A stretch of 26,519 bases of DNA from Candidatus Iainarchaeum sp. GTDB lineage: Archaea > B1Sed10-29 > WALL01. Shown here one piece after another: positions 1-9,630 of the stretch (position 1 is the first letter of the stretch; every line of letters starts with the position of its first letter). The translations under genes and the position numbers were made by a program. Under the pieces are notes generated by a model. It made no database searches. It worked only from the letters and a program-made list of their open reading frames with translations, and was not told the DNA's origin. The stretch spans positions 1-26,519 of the forward strand of contig JAGGYF010000041.1 of the NCBI GenBank assembly GCA_021162685.1. Reading direction: 5' to 3'.

Positions 1-1359
1 AAGGTCGGAGGAAAAAGCATTGAAGTTCCAGAGCCAACAGAACCAGATGTGCATGTTGGGGATACCTTGTCAGTGTATACCGTAGATTTTAGTGAGGGAT
101 TTGGGAACAATGTGTATGTATCTTCCACTCTCGCACTGGAAAGAGATTATATACAACAGATTATAACCATTGAGAACACAGATGAGAGAGAAGAGAAGCC
201 TGTTGAGATAGAATTGTTGCCAAGAGGCAATGGTGTTTATTATCTTTTCAATCCAATGGCAAAAACAACAAGGGCGCGATATTACGCTATTTCTCCATCA
301 GGATATAAGGAGAGGGGGTATAATCTCATTGTAACATTTGATACATTTGTGCCAAGCTATCCACAGATAAGAGAAATAAACCTTAAGTCCAATTTCATCA
401 GAGTATTTTCATGGAACGTAAAACTTGCGCCAAAGAAAAAAGAGGTGATTGTACTAAAGTATAATGTAGGGTATATTACAGACGAAACATTGCTTGAAAA
501 CGCAACATATAGTATTCCGTTGAGTAAACAATACCTCCTAAATGCAGAAATAAGGCCACTTGTGAATGTTGTTAATGCGGATGCGTTATCAAAAATCGCA
601 CCAAATGTAGCAGGCATAGTAAGCAGCCAGGATGCTATCAATGGGATAATCACTGTGTTGGATGGAATTCCAGATATAGAGATAGCAGGCTCTGAGTTGA
701 AGACAGAAATTGATGGAAAAGCTGTCATTGGAAGAAGGGATATTGGATTAACAAGCATTGAGAAAGCAGTTATATATCGTGAGTTATGTAGGGGTTTTGG
801 GGTACCAACAGAACTGCGTATTGGAGAACATAATGGAAAGTACTATGCATGGGCAGTATCATATGTTGGTGTCAATGTTATAACATATGACCCAGCAGGC
901 AAAAAGTCAAAGTTCAGACAATTATATTCTGAACCAGTTCCACTAATATGTAAGAGCAAGTCATTATATGAATGTCCTTGGTCCGGAGGGATAAGACCTG
1001 ATGTATTATGTATAGGTACATTCTGTATGTCTGCTTATATACTTATAGGTGCTGTTGTTCTCATTGTCATTCTTCTTTTTGTGATATTTCAATACAAAAC
1101 TGAATACCTATATCCATTGCTTGGTGTGAAAAGAGGTAAGCCAATTGTTAAAGAGGAGAAATTGAAGGGTACATATAAGATACTAAAAAAATTCTCGCCA
1201 AATACGCCACTTGAAGAATCGGTTTGGAATGAATTGAAAAGAAGGCATGGTATATTCTCCCCTGATGAATTTGAAAGAGTTACTGGTTTTTCTAAAATCT
1301 TGGTGAACAGTGTAATTGAGGACTTGATACAAAAAGGGGTTATAAAGAAAGAACTATAA
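1..1359 (+). CDS. Membrane-anchored protein with degenerate transglutaminase-like domain, one TM helix and C-terminal winged-helix-like domain (5'-truncated by window edge)
   Basis: Frame is open from base 1 (KVGGKSIEVPEPTEPDVHVG...). TGase-like pattern TSIEKAVIYRELCRGFGVPTELRIG...YAW...YDP. Hydrophobic segment AYILIGAVVLIVILLFVIF. C-terminal pattern TGFSKILVNSVIEDLIQKGVIKK. Confidence 0.65.
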   Translation, partial: KVGGKSIEVPEPTEPDVHVGDTLSVYTVDFSEGFGNNVYVSSTLALERDYIQQIITIENTDEREEKPVEIELLPRGNGVYYLFNPMAKTTRARYYAISPSGYKERGYNLIVTFDTFVPSYPQIREINLKSNFIRVFSWNVKLAPKKKEVIVLKYNVGYITDETLLENATYSIPLSKQYLLNAEIRPLVNVVNADALSKIAPNVAGIVSSQDAINGIITVLDGIPDIEIAGSELKTEIDGKAVIGRRDIGLTSIEKAVIYRELCRGFGVPTELRIGEHNGKYYAWAVSYVGVNVITYDPAGKKSKFRQLYSEPVPLICKSKSLYECPWSGGIRPDVLCIGTFCMSAYILIGAVVLIVILLFVIFQYKTEYLYPLLGVKRGKPIVKEEKLKGTYKILKKFSPNTPLEESVWNELKRRHGIFSPDEFERVTGFSKILVNSVIEDLIQKGVIKKEL

Positions 1360-2844
1360 CGTTCCTTCAATCTTCCTTAGAAATTCTTCTCTATGGGTAT
1401 AGAAGGAATGTATAAAGCGGCTAAAATCATGATTGGAAAAGTTTTCATCAACAGCCAACCTGAAAAGTGTCTCTCTTAACCTCATCTCCTCAATAATTTC
1501 ATTTTTTGTGAGACCACATTTGTATGCGAGCTTGTCTAAAATTTGAGACGGAGTTGTTTCCCTCACAATCCTATCCCTCTTTTTATCCCAAGAGAATATC
1601 TCATTTAATGTTATTTTGTCACCCATGAATCCTACCTCTGATACACTTGTTACCCTTCTTATCAGTCCCTTTCCTGGCCAATTAAAACGATGCTGCACAA
1701 TAATGATATCAAGTAATGGGAGCATGCCCTCAGGTACCTCCATTGGAGGACTTTGCAGGCGAATAAGTGCTTCTCTTGCGTTATTTGCGTGGAGTGTTCC
1801 CATTGAACCAGAACATCCTATATCCATGGCAACAAATAATGTTTCTGCCTCTTTTCCTCTGACCTCACCAACTATTACTCTATCTGGCCTCATTCTCAAT
1901 GAAGTCCTGAGCAGATCATTCATTGTTATCTCCTTTTTCTTTACATAATCGTAATATGTACACAATTGTATCCAATTGTCTCTGTTTTCAAGGTTTAGTT
2001 CCAATGTGTCCTCAACAGTTATTATCCTTTGAGATGTTGGGATGAGTGCAGCGAGTGCATTTAATGTCGTTGTCTTTCCAGAGCCAGAACCTCCAACAAC
2101 AAGCATATTCATTGGGTTTATGTGCATGCCTTCTACAGCCAACCAGAGAAAAGCTGCTAATTCATAACTTATTGTATTATTACTTATAAGTTGTGGCAAG
2201 GTCATTGGCTCTAAATAGAACTTTCTGATAGTTAGGGTTGGGTAAACAGAAACCGGAGGTATTGTTGCATTGACCCTTGAACCATCTGGTAAACTAAAGT
2301 CAACTATTGGATGGTCACTATCAATAATCTTCCCACCTGTGTTAGCCAGACGTTTTATTATCAACAATAATTCATCTATGGAATCAATCACTATGTTGGT
2401 TTTACACATCCCTTTCTTCCTATGAAAAACATATACCGGCCTATGCACACCATTTACCATAATCTCCTCAAGTTCCTGATCTTCAAGAAGAGGATAGAGT
2501 TTGCCTGGGCCTGTTAATATGTTAAATAGATACTGGGCAACTTGCATTTTATTTTTTGACTGAGGAAGCACTGTCTCCACAAAGGATTCAATGCTTTTCT
2601 CAAGTTCAGTTAACTCCTCCTTTGATAGAGGCCCATTTCTCAACTTTGGATGGATTTTCTCTCTGAACCGATTTATTACTTCGCCTTTCCTCTTGTCTTT
2701 CAGATATATCTGCTGGAGCTGAGAGGGAGAAGTAATATATAGGTAGGACATTACAACAGTATCTATAAGGTCCTGCTCTTCAGGTGTTAGAATTGGGATA
2801 TTTATAGTATACTCTCCCGATTCATAGCTGTTTGGGGAACTCAT
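1354..2844 (-). CDS. CpaF/TadA/VirB11-family secretion/type IV pilus assembly ATPase
   Basis: Walker A GGSGSGKTT, Asp box TVEDTLEL, LRMRPDRVIVGEVRG, His box MGTLHAN, and N-terminal LEEIMVNG / LPDGSRVNA / TIRKF motifs. Confidence 0.95.
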   Translation of the reverse strand: MSSPNSYESGEYTINIPILTPEEQDLIDTVVMSYLYITSPSQLQQIYLKDKRKGEVINRFREKIHPKLRNGPLSKEELTELEKSIESFVETVLPQSKNKMQVAQYLFNILTGPGKLYPLLEDQELEEIMVNGVHRPVYVFHRKKGMCKTNIVIDSIDELLLIIKRLANTGGKIIDSDHPIVDFSLPDGSRVNATIPPVSVYPTLTIRKFYLEPMTLPQLISNNTISYELAAFLWLAVEGMHINPMNMLVVGGSGSGKTTTLNALAALIPTSQRIITVEDTLELNLENRDNWIQLCTYYDYVKKKEITMNDLLRTSLRMRPDRVIVGEVRGKEAETLFVAMDIGCSGSMGTLHANNAREALIRLQSPPMEVPEGMLPLLDIIIVQHRFNWPGKGLIRRVTSVSEVGFMGDKITLNEIFSWDKKRDRIVRETTPSQILDKLAYKCGLTKNEIIEEMRLRETLFRLAVDENFSNHDFSRFIHSFYTHREEFLRKIEGTL

Positions 2845-2903
2845 AAATAGTAGAAAGCAGTATAGCTTTTTAAATGTTTAGTTATGTGGTTTGCATGATA
2901 TCC

Positions 2904-4139
2904 ATGGAAAAACTGAAGCCAACAAAAAATGAAGTGGAGAAAGAAAAAGCGATTGTAGAGAAGATTATAGGGCTCATAAAAGAGGTATCTGGAAGAGATG
3001 CAATGCTTGTTGGCTCAATAGCAAAGAATACTGCATTGCGCGGGGACAAAGACATTGACATATTCATATTATTCCCAAAAAGCATACCAAGAAAACAACT
3101 TGAAGAAGAAGGCCTATCAATTGGCAGGAAGGTTTGTAAACTACTTGGGGTGAAGCCAAGACTAAAATATGCAGAACATCCATATACCTGCACAACTGTT
3201 GATGGATATGATGTAGATATTGTACCATGCTATAAAATAAAGATGGGTGAAAAGATCATTTCCGCTGTTGATAGGAGCCCATTACATACAGAATACATAA
3301 AAAAGCACCTGAAAAATACTGATGATGCAAGGATGTTGAAGTATTTCATGAAAAAGATTGGCGTATATGGCGCAGAGATAGAAACCCATGGCTTTTCTGG
3401 ATATCTATGCGAACTTTTGGTTTTGCATTATGGCTCATTTGAAAATGTCCTCAAGGCAGCAAGCAGATGGGAGAGGGGAAAGCGTATTGACATTGAAGGA
3501 AAAAGCAATGAAAGATTTAATGCACCGCTTGTTGTTATTGATCCAGTTGATCCACATAGGAATGTTGCTGCTGCTGTTAGTGAACAAAAACTTTGCGAGT
3601 TTATTCTACTGGCACGCTATTATCTTAAACACAAGACAATACCAAAGAAAGCAAAGATTATGAAAAAACGTGGAAAGATATATGTTGTAGAATGGGCACT
3701 GAAAAAGGAGGAGGTTAAAGAGATATTATGGTCTCAACTTGAAAGATTCCAAGATAAGGTAGTAAGACATCTAAATTTCCATGAATTACATTGCATTGAC
3801 TCAATGATTTGGACTGACGCAAAAACAAAGGCGCAATTATTAGTTGAATTAGAGGTATGGGACATGCCTCCTATAAATGACCACTGGGGACCAAGGGTGT
3901 ATGATATTGAACACTCAAAACTATTCATTGAGAAATATGGGAAGGTCATGGTGAGGAAGAACAGGCTTGTAACAGAGAAGAGGAGAGAGTATCCAACTGC
4001 AAAAGGCTTGCTCAAGGATCTCCTAAAAGAAGTCCCATCACACCTAAAAAGGAAAAAGTGGACAATAAAGAAAGGTAATGCTGCAAGGGCAACTGAGATA
4101 TGGCAGATATATAGTAAAAAATTCTGGAATCTAAAATAG
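2904..4139 (+). CDS. cca: Archaeal class I CCA-adding tRNA nucleotidyltransferase
   Basis: GSIAKNTALRGDKDIDIF, YAEHPY, VDIVPCY, SAVDRSPLH, GFSGYLCELL, DPVDPHRNVAAA. Start at ATG 2904 (or 2895) is more plausible than 2874. Confidence 0.96.
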   Translation: MEKLKPTKNEVEKEKAIVEKIIGLIKEVSGRDAMLVGSIAKNTALRGDKDIDIFILFPKSIPRKQLEEEGLSIGRKVCKLLGVKPRLKYAEHPYTCTTVDGYDVDIVPCYKIKMGEKIISAVDRSPLHTEYIKKHLKNTDDARMLKYFMKKIGVYGAEIETHGFSGYLCELLVLHYGSFENVLKAASRWERGKRIDIEGKSNERFNAPLVVIDPVDPHRNVAAAVSEQKLCEFILLARYYLKHKTIPKKAKIMKKRGKIYVVEWALKKEEVKEILWSQLERFQDKVVRHLNFHELHCIDSMIWTDAKTKAQLLVELEVWDMPPINDHWGPRVYDIEHSKLFIEKYGKVMVRKNRLVTEKRREYPTAKGLLKDLLKEVPSHLKRKKWTIKKGNAARATEIWQIYSKKFWNLK

Positions 4140-4152
4140 TTAGGGGGTTAGT

Positions 4153-5415
4153 ATGGAATTCAAGAAGATTTGTGATATAAAGCCAGGAGAGCATGTCAAG
4201 ATCAGGGGATGGGTGTATAGGCATAGAGTTGGGAAGGATGTTGTATTTATCGTATTGAGAGACAGTTCTGGAATAGTACAATGTACATCAAAAGGAAAAA
4301 CCTACAATACTGCAGAAGAGCTTTCAATTGAGAGCTCTGTGATTATAGAAGGAGATGTTGTAGAAGATAAGAGAGCGCCGACAGGAATGGAAGTAAAAGT
4401 TAGTGGGATAGAGGTTGTGCATAAAGCAGAGCGCTTCCCTATCACAAAGGACCAGAGCAAAGAATTCCTCAGAAATGTAAGACACCTCTGGTTACGCTCA
4501 CAATACATGACAAACATAATGAAGGTGCGTTCAACAGTTTTTGATGCAATACATGATTATTATAGGAGCAATGGATACTACGAATTTCAATCCCCTATAT
4601 TGACAACAAATGCGTGTGAGGGTGGAACAACATTATTCAAAGTTGATTACTATGGAAAGGTCGCATATCTCGCACAGAGTTGGCAACTATATGCAGAAGC
4701 AATGATATTCGGATTGGAAAAGATATACACTATTGCACCAAGTTTCCGAGCAGAAAAATCAAGAACAGTTAGGCACCTTTCTGAGTATTGGCACTCAGAG
4801 ATGGAAGCAGCATGGATGGAGTTTGATGATTGTATAAAAGTAGCTGAGGAGCTTGTCTCACATATTGTTCAAACAGCAATAAAGAAGAACAAGAAGGAGT
4901 TAGAGGCACTTGGTACTGATATTGGAAAGTTAGAAAAGGTAAAGCCTCCATTTCCAAGAATAACATATGAAGAGGTATTAGAGCTGCTGAAAGAGGACGG
5001 GCTCAATGTCCCATGGGGAAAGGACCTCAGAACAATTGAGGAGCAGGCGCTTATGAAACACTACGAGAAACCTCTATTTGTTACACACTACCCAGAAGAG
5101 ATAAAAGCATTCTACATGAAAAGGGCTGAAAATCCAAAACTTGTACTTGGATTTGACCTCATCGCTCCGCATGTTGGAGAAATCATAGGAGGAAGTGAAA
5201 GGGAGAACAACATAGAGCTGATGAAACAACGACTGAAAAAGGATAAAGTACCATTGGAGAACTACGAGTGGTATTTTGATACAAGAAGGTATGGTGCTGT
5301 GCCTCATTCTGGATTTGGCATGGGGGTAGAGAGGGTTGTTCAGTGGATATGTAACCTTGAGACAATACAGGATGCAATAGGTTTTCCAAGAACTATGGAC
5401 CGTATTTATCCATAG
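4153..5415 (+). CDS. asnS: Asparagine--tRNA ligase
   Basis: OB-fold start (IRGWV...FIVLRD), CEGGTTLF, YLAQSWQLY, motif 2 FRAEKSRTVRHLSEYW, KAFYM, GEIIGGSERE, motif 3 PHSGFGMGVER. Confidence 0.92.
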   Translation: MEFKKICDIKPGEHVKIRGWVYRHRVGKDVVFIVLRDSSGIVQCTSKGKTYNTAEELSIESSVIIEGDVVEDKRAPTGMEVKVSGIEVVHKAERFPITKDQSKEFLRNVRHLWLRSQYMTNIMKVRSTVFDAIHDYYRSNGYYEFQSPILTTNACEGGTTLFKVDYYGKVAYLAQSWQLYAEAMIFGLEKIYTIAPSFRAEKSRTVRHLSEYWHSEMEAAWMEFDDCIKVAEELVSHIVQTAIKKNKKELEALGTDIGKLEKVKPPFPRITYEEVLELLKEDGLNVPWGKDLRTIEEQALMKHYEKPLFVTHYPEEIKAFYMKRAENPKLVLGFDLIAPHVGEIIGGSERENNIELMKQRLKKDKVPLENYEWYFDTRRYGAVPHSGFGMGVERVVQWICNLETIQDAIGFPRTMDRIYP

Positions 5416-5424
5416 AGGGAGAGC

Positions 5425-5517
5425 ATGATACGGGAGTATAGGAGGAAGGGTATAGCAAAGGCATTGATGAAAGAATTGATGAAGCGTCTTGAAAAGTTGA
5501 AAAAGAAGATTTATTAG
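5425..5517 (+). pseudogene. GNAT acetyltransferase remnant (motif A only)
   Basis: My translation MIREYRRKGIAKALMKELMKRLEKLKKKIY* contains the acetyl-CoA motif YRRKGIAKALM. Purine-rich GAGGGAGAG lies upstream. Not in the ORF track. Confidence 0.65.
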
Positions 5518-6443
5518 CGCTCCTTTAACATCTTTTCTATCTCCTCTAACTGGAAGAGGACATCTTGCAATGCTTCCTTATCCTTTTTCGTTACGCCTTT
5601 AGGCTTTTGAAGTGTTTCTTTTATTGCTTTCTTCTGCTCTGTAATTGTTTCCTTTGTAACGCTCATCTGTTTTATTTCTGATAGCAGTTTATCTATCTCC
5701 TCAACAGGTTTTGGTTTCTTCTTCTCCCCTTCAATCTCTTCAACAACCTTTTTCAAACTAACCTTCGGAGTTATAATCTCTGGTTTTCTCTCAACAACTG
5801 GCTTTGGCTTTTCTATTGCTGGGATATAGTACTCCACCTGTTCTCTTGCCCTTTCTATCTGTATGCCCCTTGCCTCAAGCACCTCCCTCCTTATATCTCT
5901 TATTAATGGAGACATCATTGGCTGAATCTTTGCTATTGGTCCCTCAACACTCCTCTCATGCTTGAGTCCATGCCAATCAATAACCCTAACAAACATTAAG
6001 AAGCGTCCTTTTTCAATAGAACATCCTGCATGCACCTTGTATTTTGCTGATTTGCCATCCATAACAAACCTATATATCTTTGCCTCAGATGGTTGAGCAT
6101 ACTTATTGACAAAATGCCTGAAAATCAAGAATGGTTGCTTTATCTCAACACGTGTAACTGCTTCTCCTCCATCAAACTCTCTATATATCTTTGTTAGCGC
6201 ACCTGAGACCCTAACTACTGTTGATATGTAATCATAGAACCTTGCAACGGCTATAACCGCACATAGTACAGAGATAGCTGGGATGAGGAGCAATACCTGA
6301 GGGAATGGTGCAAGCTTATAGTATATTGCAAGGAAATTGAAAATAATGCCCAAAACAAGAAATGTTAGTACAAGGTCTATTATGATAATCTTTATGAGTA
6401 TTGTCTCCATATGAGCCGGCGTAACCGGCCTCTCAATCTTCAT
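5514..6443 (-). CDS. Hypothetical membrane protein (two N-terminal TM helices, charged C-terminal tail)
   Basis: 309-aa ORF with two hydrophobic segments and a K/E/P-rich C-terminus. No family recognised. Confidence 0.75.
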   Translation of the reverse strand: MKIERPVTPAHMETILIKIIIIDLVLTFLVLGIIFNFLAIYYKLAPFPQVLLLIPAISVLCAVIAVARFYDYISTVVRVSGALTKIYREFDGGEAVTRVEIKQPFLIFRHFVNKYAQPSEAKIYRFVMDGKSAKYKVHAGCSIEKGRFLMFVRVIDWHGLKHERSVEGPIAKIQPMMSPLIRDIRREVLEARGIQIERAREQVEYYIPAIEKPKPVVERKPEIITPKVSLKKVVEEIEGEKKKPKPVEEIDKLLSEIKQMSVTKETITEQKKAIKETLQKPKGVTKKDKEALQDVLFQLEEIEKMLKER

Positions 6444-6517
6444 AAGGCATTTATCTCAAAACAGAATATAAAAGCTTTCCGTATATGCTTAAATAATCTG
6501 TTGCCTACATCTTATCT

Positions 6518-6934
6518 ATGAAGAAAGGGATGGCATTTGGGACATTCTCAATTATACACCCAGGGCATCTGTTTTACTTAGAATCAGCAAAAAGACACTG
6601 TGATTACCTCATTGTAGTTGTCGCGAGGGATTCAACTGTAAAAAGGATTAAAGGAGAATGCTTAATACCGGAAAAACAAAGGCTTGAGGTTGTAAAGGCA
6701 CTAAAACCAGTTGATAAAGCAGTTCTTGGGTATACAAATGACATGTATAGGATTATTGAGAGGATAAAACCTGACATTCTTATTCTTGGACCAGACCAAG
6801 AACATGACACAGAAAAACTGAAGAAAGAATTGAAGAGGAGGGGGCTTAACCCAAAGATTGTAAGGATAAAACGGATGAAAAACGGGAGATTACACAAAAG
6901 CTCAAAGATTGTTAGGATGATTAGAAAGAAATAG
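6518..6934 (+). CDS. ribL: Archaeal FAD synthase (cytidylyltransferase-like family)
   Basis: GTFSIIHPGH (HxGH), VVVARD, LKPVDKAVLG, PDILILGPDQ, SSKI. Confidence 0.85.
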   Translation: MKKGMAFGTFSIIHPGHLFYLESAKRHCDYLIVVVARDSTVKRIKGECLIPEKQRLEVVKALKPVDKAVLGYTNDMYRIIERIKPDILILGPDQEHDTEKLKKELKRRGLNPKIVRIKRMKNGRLHKSSKIVRMIRKK

Positions 6935-7765
6935 CTATTTACGCAGGAGTGTGAAAACAAGACAACCTGGTCCTCCTCCTCCCTTTCTCAGTTCTTGTAG
7001 AGGAGTAGTGATAACATCAACACCTCTTTTCTCAAGCTCTTTTATTGTATGTTCTGCCTCTTCGTTTATTATCACCTTGTTTGATTTTATCATTAAAACA
7101 TCAGAAGATAAAACGCGTAACTCTTGTAGTGTTGCATCAACAAGTTCAACATCGTTCTTTATGAGAAAATCTATGAACTCCTTTGGCAATACTTCTGTGC
7201 ATAGAATAGCGAGGTCCTCTCTTATCATATTAAAAAGGATATCTAAATGCGCAAATTTTCTATCATGTGGAACAGGTAATAGTGTAACATCCAAGTACTC
7301 ATCTATTTCCTCAAATCCTCCATAGGATGAACGCATTACACCAAGAGCTGCTATGTCATCTGCTATCTGAACAAAATCTCCGCCTTCAAAATAGTTATTA
7401 TGTATCACAGCAAATATTGGGATGCCAAGTTCCCATGCCTTTATTCTTAAATACAATTCCTCTCCCTCCCTGTACTCCTCCCTAAAATTAGCAAGTATAA
7501 TGCCATCCTTTGTGCATAAGCCTAAGTCCCTTGTGTAGTATAGGTTGGGTGGTGGCGCCTCCTCTGGCTCAATCAACTCAATCTTGACCCTCTCTGACCT
7601 CAACTTGTGGAACAATGTGTCAAACTCTTCTACTGCCTTCTCAATATTTGGTTTTGAGAAAAATCCCCACTCAGACGGTTCTTGTACGAGTTTTAGTTCT
7701 TCTCCAGGCCTATGCATCAGTGCCCATCTTAACTTTCCAAAGCATTTCAATGTGCCATACTGCAT
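6935..7765 (-). CDS. Amidinotransferase / arginine deiminase / DDAH family protein
   Basis: MHRPGEEL, NLYYTRD, FEGGD, HLD and C-terminal ELRKGGGGPGC with catalytic Cys. Confidence 0.9.
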   Translation of the reverse strand: MQYGTLKCFGKLRWALMHRPGEELKLVQEPSEWGFFSKPNIEKAVEEFDTLFHKLRSERVKIELIEPEEAPPPNLYYTRDLGLCTKDGIILANFREEYREGEELYLRIKAWELGIPIFAVIHNNYFEGGDFVQIADDIAALGVMRSSYGGFEEIDEYLDVTLLPVPHDRKFAHLDILFNMIREDLAILCTEVLPKEFIDFLIKNDVELVDATLQELRVLSSDVLMIKSNKVIINEEAEHTIKELEKRGVDVITTPLQELRKGGGGPGCLVFTLLRK

Positions 7766-7798
7766 ACATTATTTTTATGGTACACATATTAAAAAGAG

Positions 7799-7872
7799 CG
7801 CCCCTGTGGGGATTTGAACCCCAGCTTCAGGCTCCGCAAGCCCACGTCCTATCCAGGCTAGACTACAGGGGC
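7799..7872 (-). tRNA. tRNA-Arg(GCG)
   Basis: Reverse complement GCCCCTG TAGTCTAGCCTGGATAGGAC G TGGGC TTGCGGA GCCTG AAGCTGGGGTTCAAATCCCCA CAGGGGC G. Cloverleaf with no encoded CCA. Confidence 0.95.
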
Positions 7873-7903
7873 ACAATATTTAATAGGAAAACCTCTGTTA
7901 TTA

Positions 7904-8889
7904 ATGCTTATGGAGCTATCAAGAAAAGCAAGGTTGTTTGTTGGCGCAATATTCATTTTTGTGCTGGGAAGTGCACTTAGAGTCCCAATAGTATCTAGGT
8001 TTATTGAGCTATTCACAAATGACCCCTTCCTTATTGGAGTGCTGTTTGCGTAACTGCAACAGCTATTGTGATGGACATAAGTCCAAAACAATGGATGGGA
8101 GAGACATTTGGTCTCTATGGCGCAGGATATAATCTTGCATGGGCGATTGGACCGATGATTGGAGGATACCTCGCATATGTATTCAGATTAAACAGTGTGT
8201 TCTTGGCAGGTTCTATAATATGTTTTGTATCAATGTTTATTGTCGCTTCAGTATCACCAAAAAGTAGGGGCAAATCAATAATAAAGGGGATAAAAGATGT
8301 TATTGAGAAAGATGGTCTATTCGCAGCAGAAATGAATTTCTTAAGGCATTCAAACATAACAGTAAAGATGGTTCTTGTTATAGAATTTGTTGTATATTTC
8401 TTGTATTCAATAAAGTGGGCATTCATCCCTTTATTTATGAATGGCTACTCAAACCTGGATGTGGGTTTTGTGTTTTTTGCTTCTACTATCCCGTTTGCCA
8501 TCTTTGATGTGCTTGTTGGTTGGATTTCAGATAAAATTGGGAAGAGGAGGCTTATACTTCTCGGGTTGTTTCTTGGTTCAATTGCTACATTATTATTCAC
8601 AACAAGTTCCTCAATTATATCATTTGCTTGCTTTGCATTCCTCATGGGTTTCTCTATGACATTCATTGAACCATTGATATCTCCTTCTCTTGCTGAATTT
8701 ACACCAAAAAGGAGGAGGGGCACCATTGTTGGTATAGGAGGTCTTGCAGTTGACTCAGCGTATCTTATTGGTCCAATAGTTGGAGGAATACTATCAAAAT
8801 ATTTCGGGTTCTCAGCTCCATTCATATTTTCCTCAATCATGCTGTTTCTAACAGGTATCCTTGCCGTTTTCCTGCTAAAGGAACGCTAA
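7904..8889 (+). pseudogene. MFS transporter disrupted by an internal deletion and frameshift near 8050
   Basis: 7904-8053 encodes MLMELSRKARLFVGAIFIFVLGSALRVPIVSRFIELFTNDPFLIGVLFA* (TM1 and start of TM2). A different frame resumes as VTATAIVMDISPKQWMGETFG... and carries C-domain motif A GWISDKIGKRR. Confidence 0.8.
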
Positions 8890-8940
8890 CCTTTATTAAT
8901 GAACACATATACAATATTAGCACTCCTTTTGGTGGTGCAT

Positions 8941-9093
8941 ATGCTAAAGTGTGTTTCATGTAAAAGAGAAGTTACAGACAATTATATTAAATTCAAATGT
9001 CCAAACTGTGGCAGAGAGATTATTAGATGCCATAATTGTAGGGAGATCGCAGCAAGATATACCTGCCCTGAATGTGGGTTAGAAGGGCCATAG
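8941..9093 (+). CDS. Small Zn-ribbon protein (HVO_2753/DUF1610-like)
   Basis: Four CxxC pairs, FKCPNCG...IIRC..CR...YTCPECGLEGP. SD GGTGGTG before ATG 8941. Usual position upstream of aEF-1beta. Confidence 0.92.
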   Translation: MLKCVSCKREVTDNYIKFKCPNCGREIIRCHNCREIAARYTCPECGLEGP

Positions 9094-9102
9094 GTGGAGT
9101 CT

Positions 9103-9369
9103 ATGGAAGAAGATATTATAGAAGCAAATGAGTTGATAGTTGAGAAAGGAGAGAAACCAAAGAAAAAGTACAAAGCAGGTGGTGTAACACTTAGTGTATT
9201 TGAAAGGGAATCAGATGGAAAGAAATGGGATGTCTACGTTTTCCAGAGAACATATCTTGACAAAAAAACAGGTGAGTGGAAACACACAAACTCTCTGAAT
9301 GAGAAAGACCTTCCAAAAGCACTTGCTGTTCTGCTCAGAGCATTTTCAGATAAAGTTGAGGTGGAATAA
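9103..9369 (+). CDS. Small hypothetical protein, possibly PC4-like ssDNA-binding fold
   Basis: KKYKAGGVTLSVFE...FQRTYLDKKTGEWKHTNSLNEKDLPKA. SD GGTGGAG before ATG 9103. Confidence 0.6.
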   Translation: MEEDIIEANELIVEKGEKPKKKYKAGGVTLSVFERESDGKKWDVYVFQRTYLDKKTGEWKHTNSLNEKDLPKALAVLLRAFSDKVEVE

Positions 9370-9629
9370 TGGGGGATGTAGTTGTTGTTGTAAAGGTGCT
9401 TCCAAAAGATGTAGGGTTGTTTGATAAGATGAAGGAGGATGTATTGAAATCTATCACCTATAAAGTTACACACACAGAAGAGGAGCCAATTGCGTTTGGC
9501 TTGAAAGCATTTAATGTAACGCTTGTAATGCCAGATGCAGAAGGAGGAACAGACAAGATAGAGAAAGAACTGAAAGGTATAGAATCAGTCGGAGATGTAC
9601 AGATTGTTGGAGTAGCAAGAACAATGTGA
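9369..9629 (+). CDS. ef1b: Elongation factor 1-beta (archaeal)
   Basis: MGDVVVVVKVLP...EEEPIAFGLKA...PDAEGGTDKIE. SD GAGGTGG. Confidence 0.96.
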   Translation: MGDVVVVVKVLPKDVGLFDKMKEDVLKSITYKVTHTEEEPIAFGLKAFNVTLVMPDAEGGTDKIEKELKGIESVGDVQIVGVARTM

Positions 9630-9630
9630 G

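Noticed and set aside
6413-6432. GC-rich imperfect inverted repeat GCCGG..CCGGC
   Set aside because: Short and inside a CDS. Explained by Arg-Pro-Val-Thr-Pro-Ala codons.
7545-8091. ORFs 7545-7817, 7615-7980 and 7858-8091
   Set aside because: They overlap the amidinotransferase, tRNA-Arg or the MFS N-terminal fragment and show no protein-like motifs.
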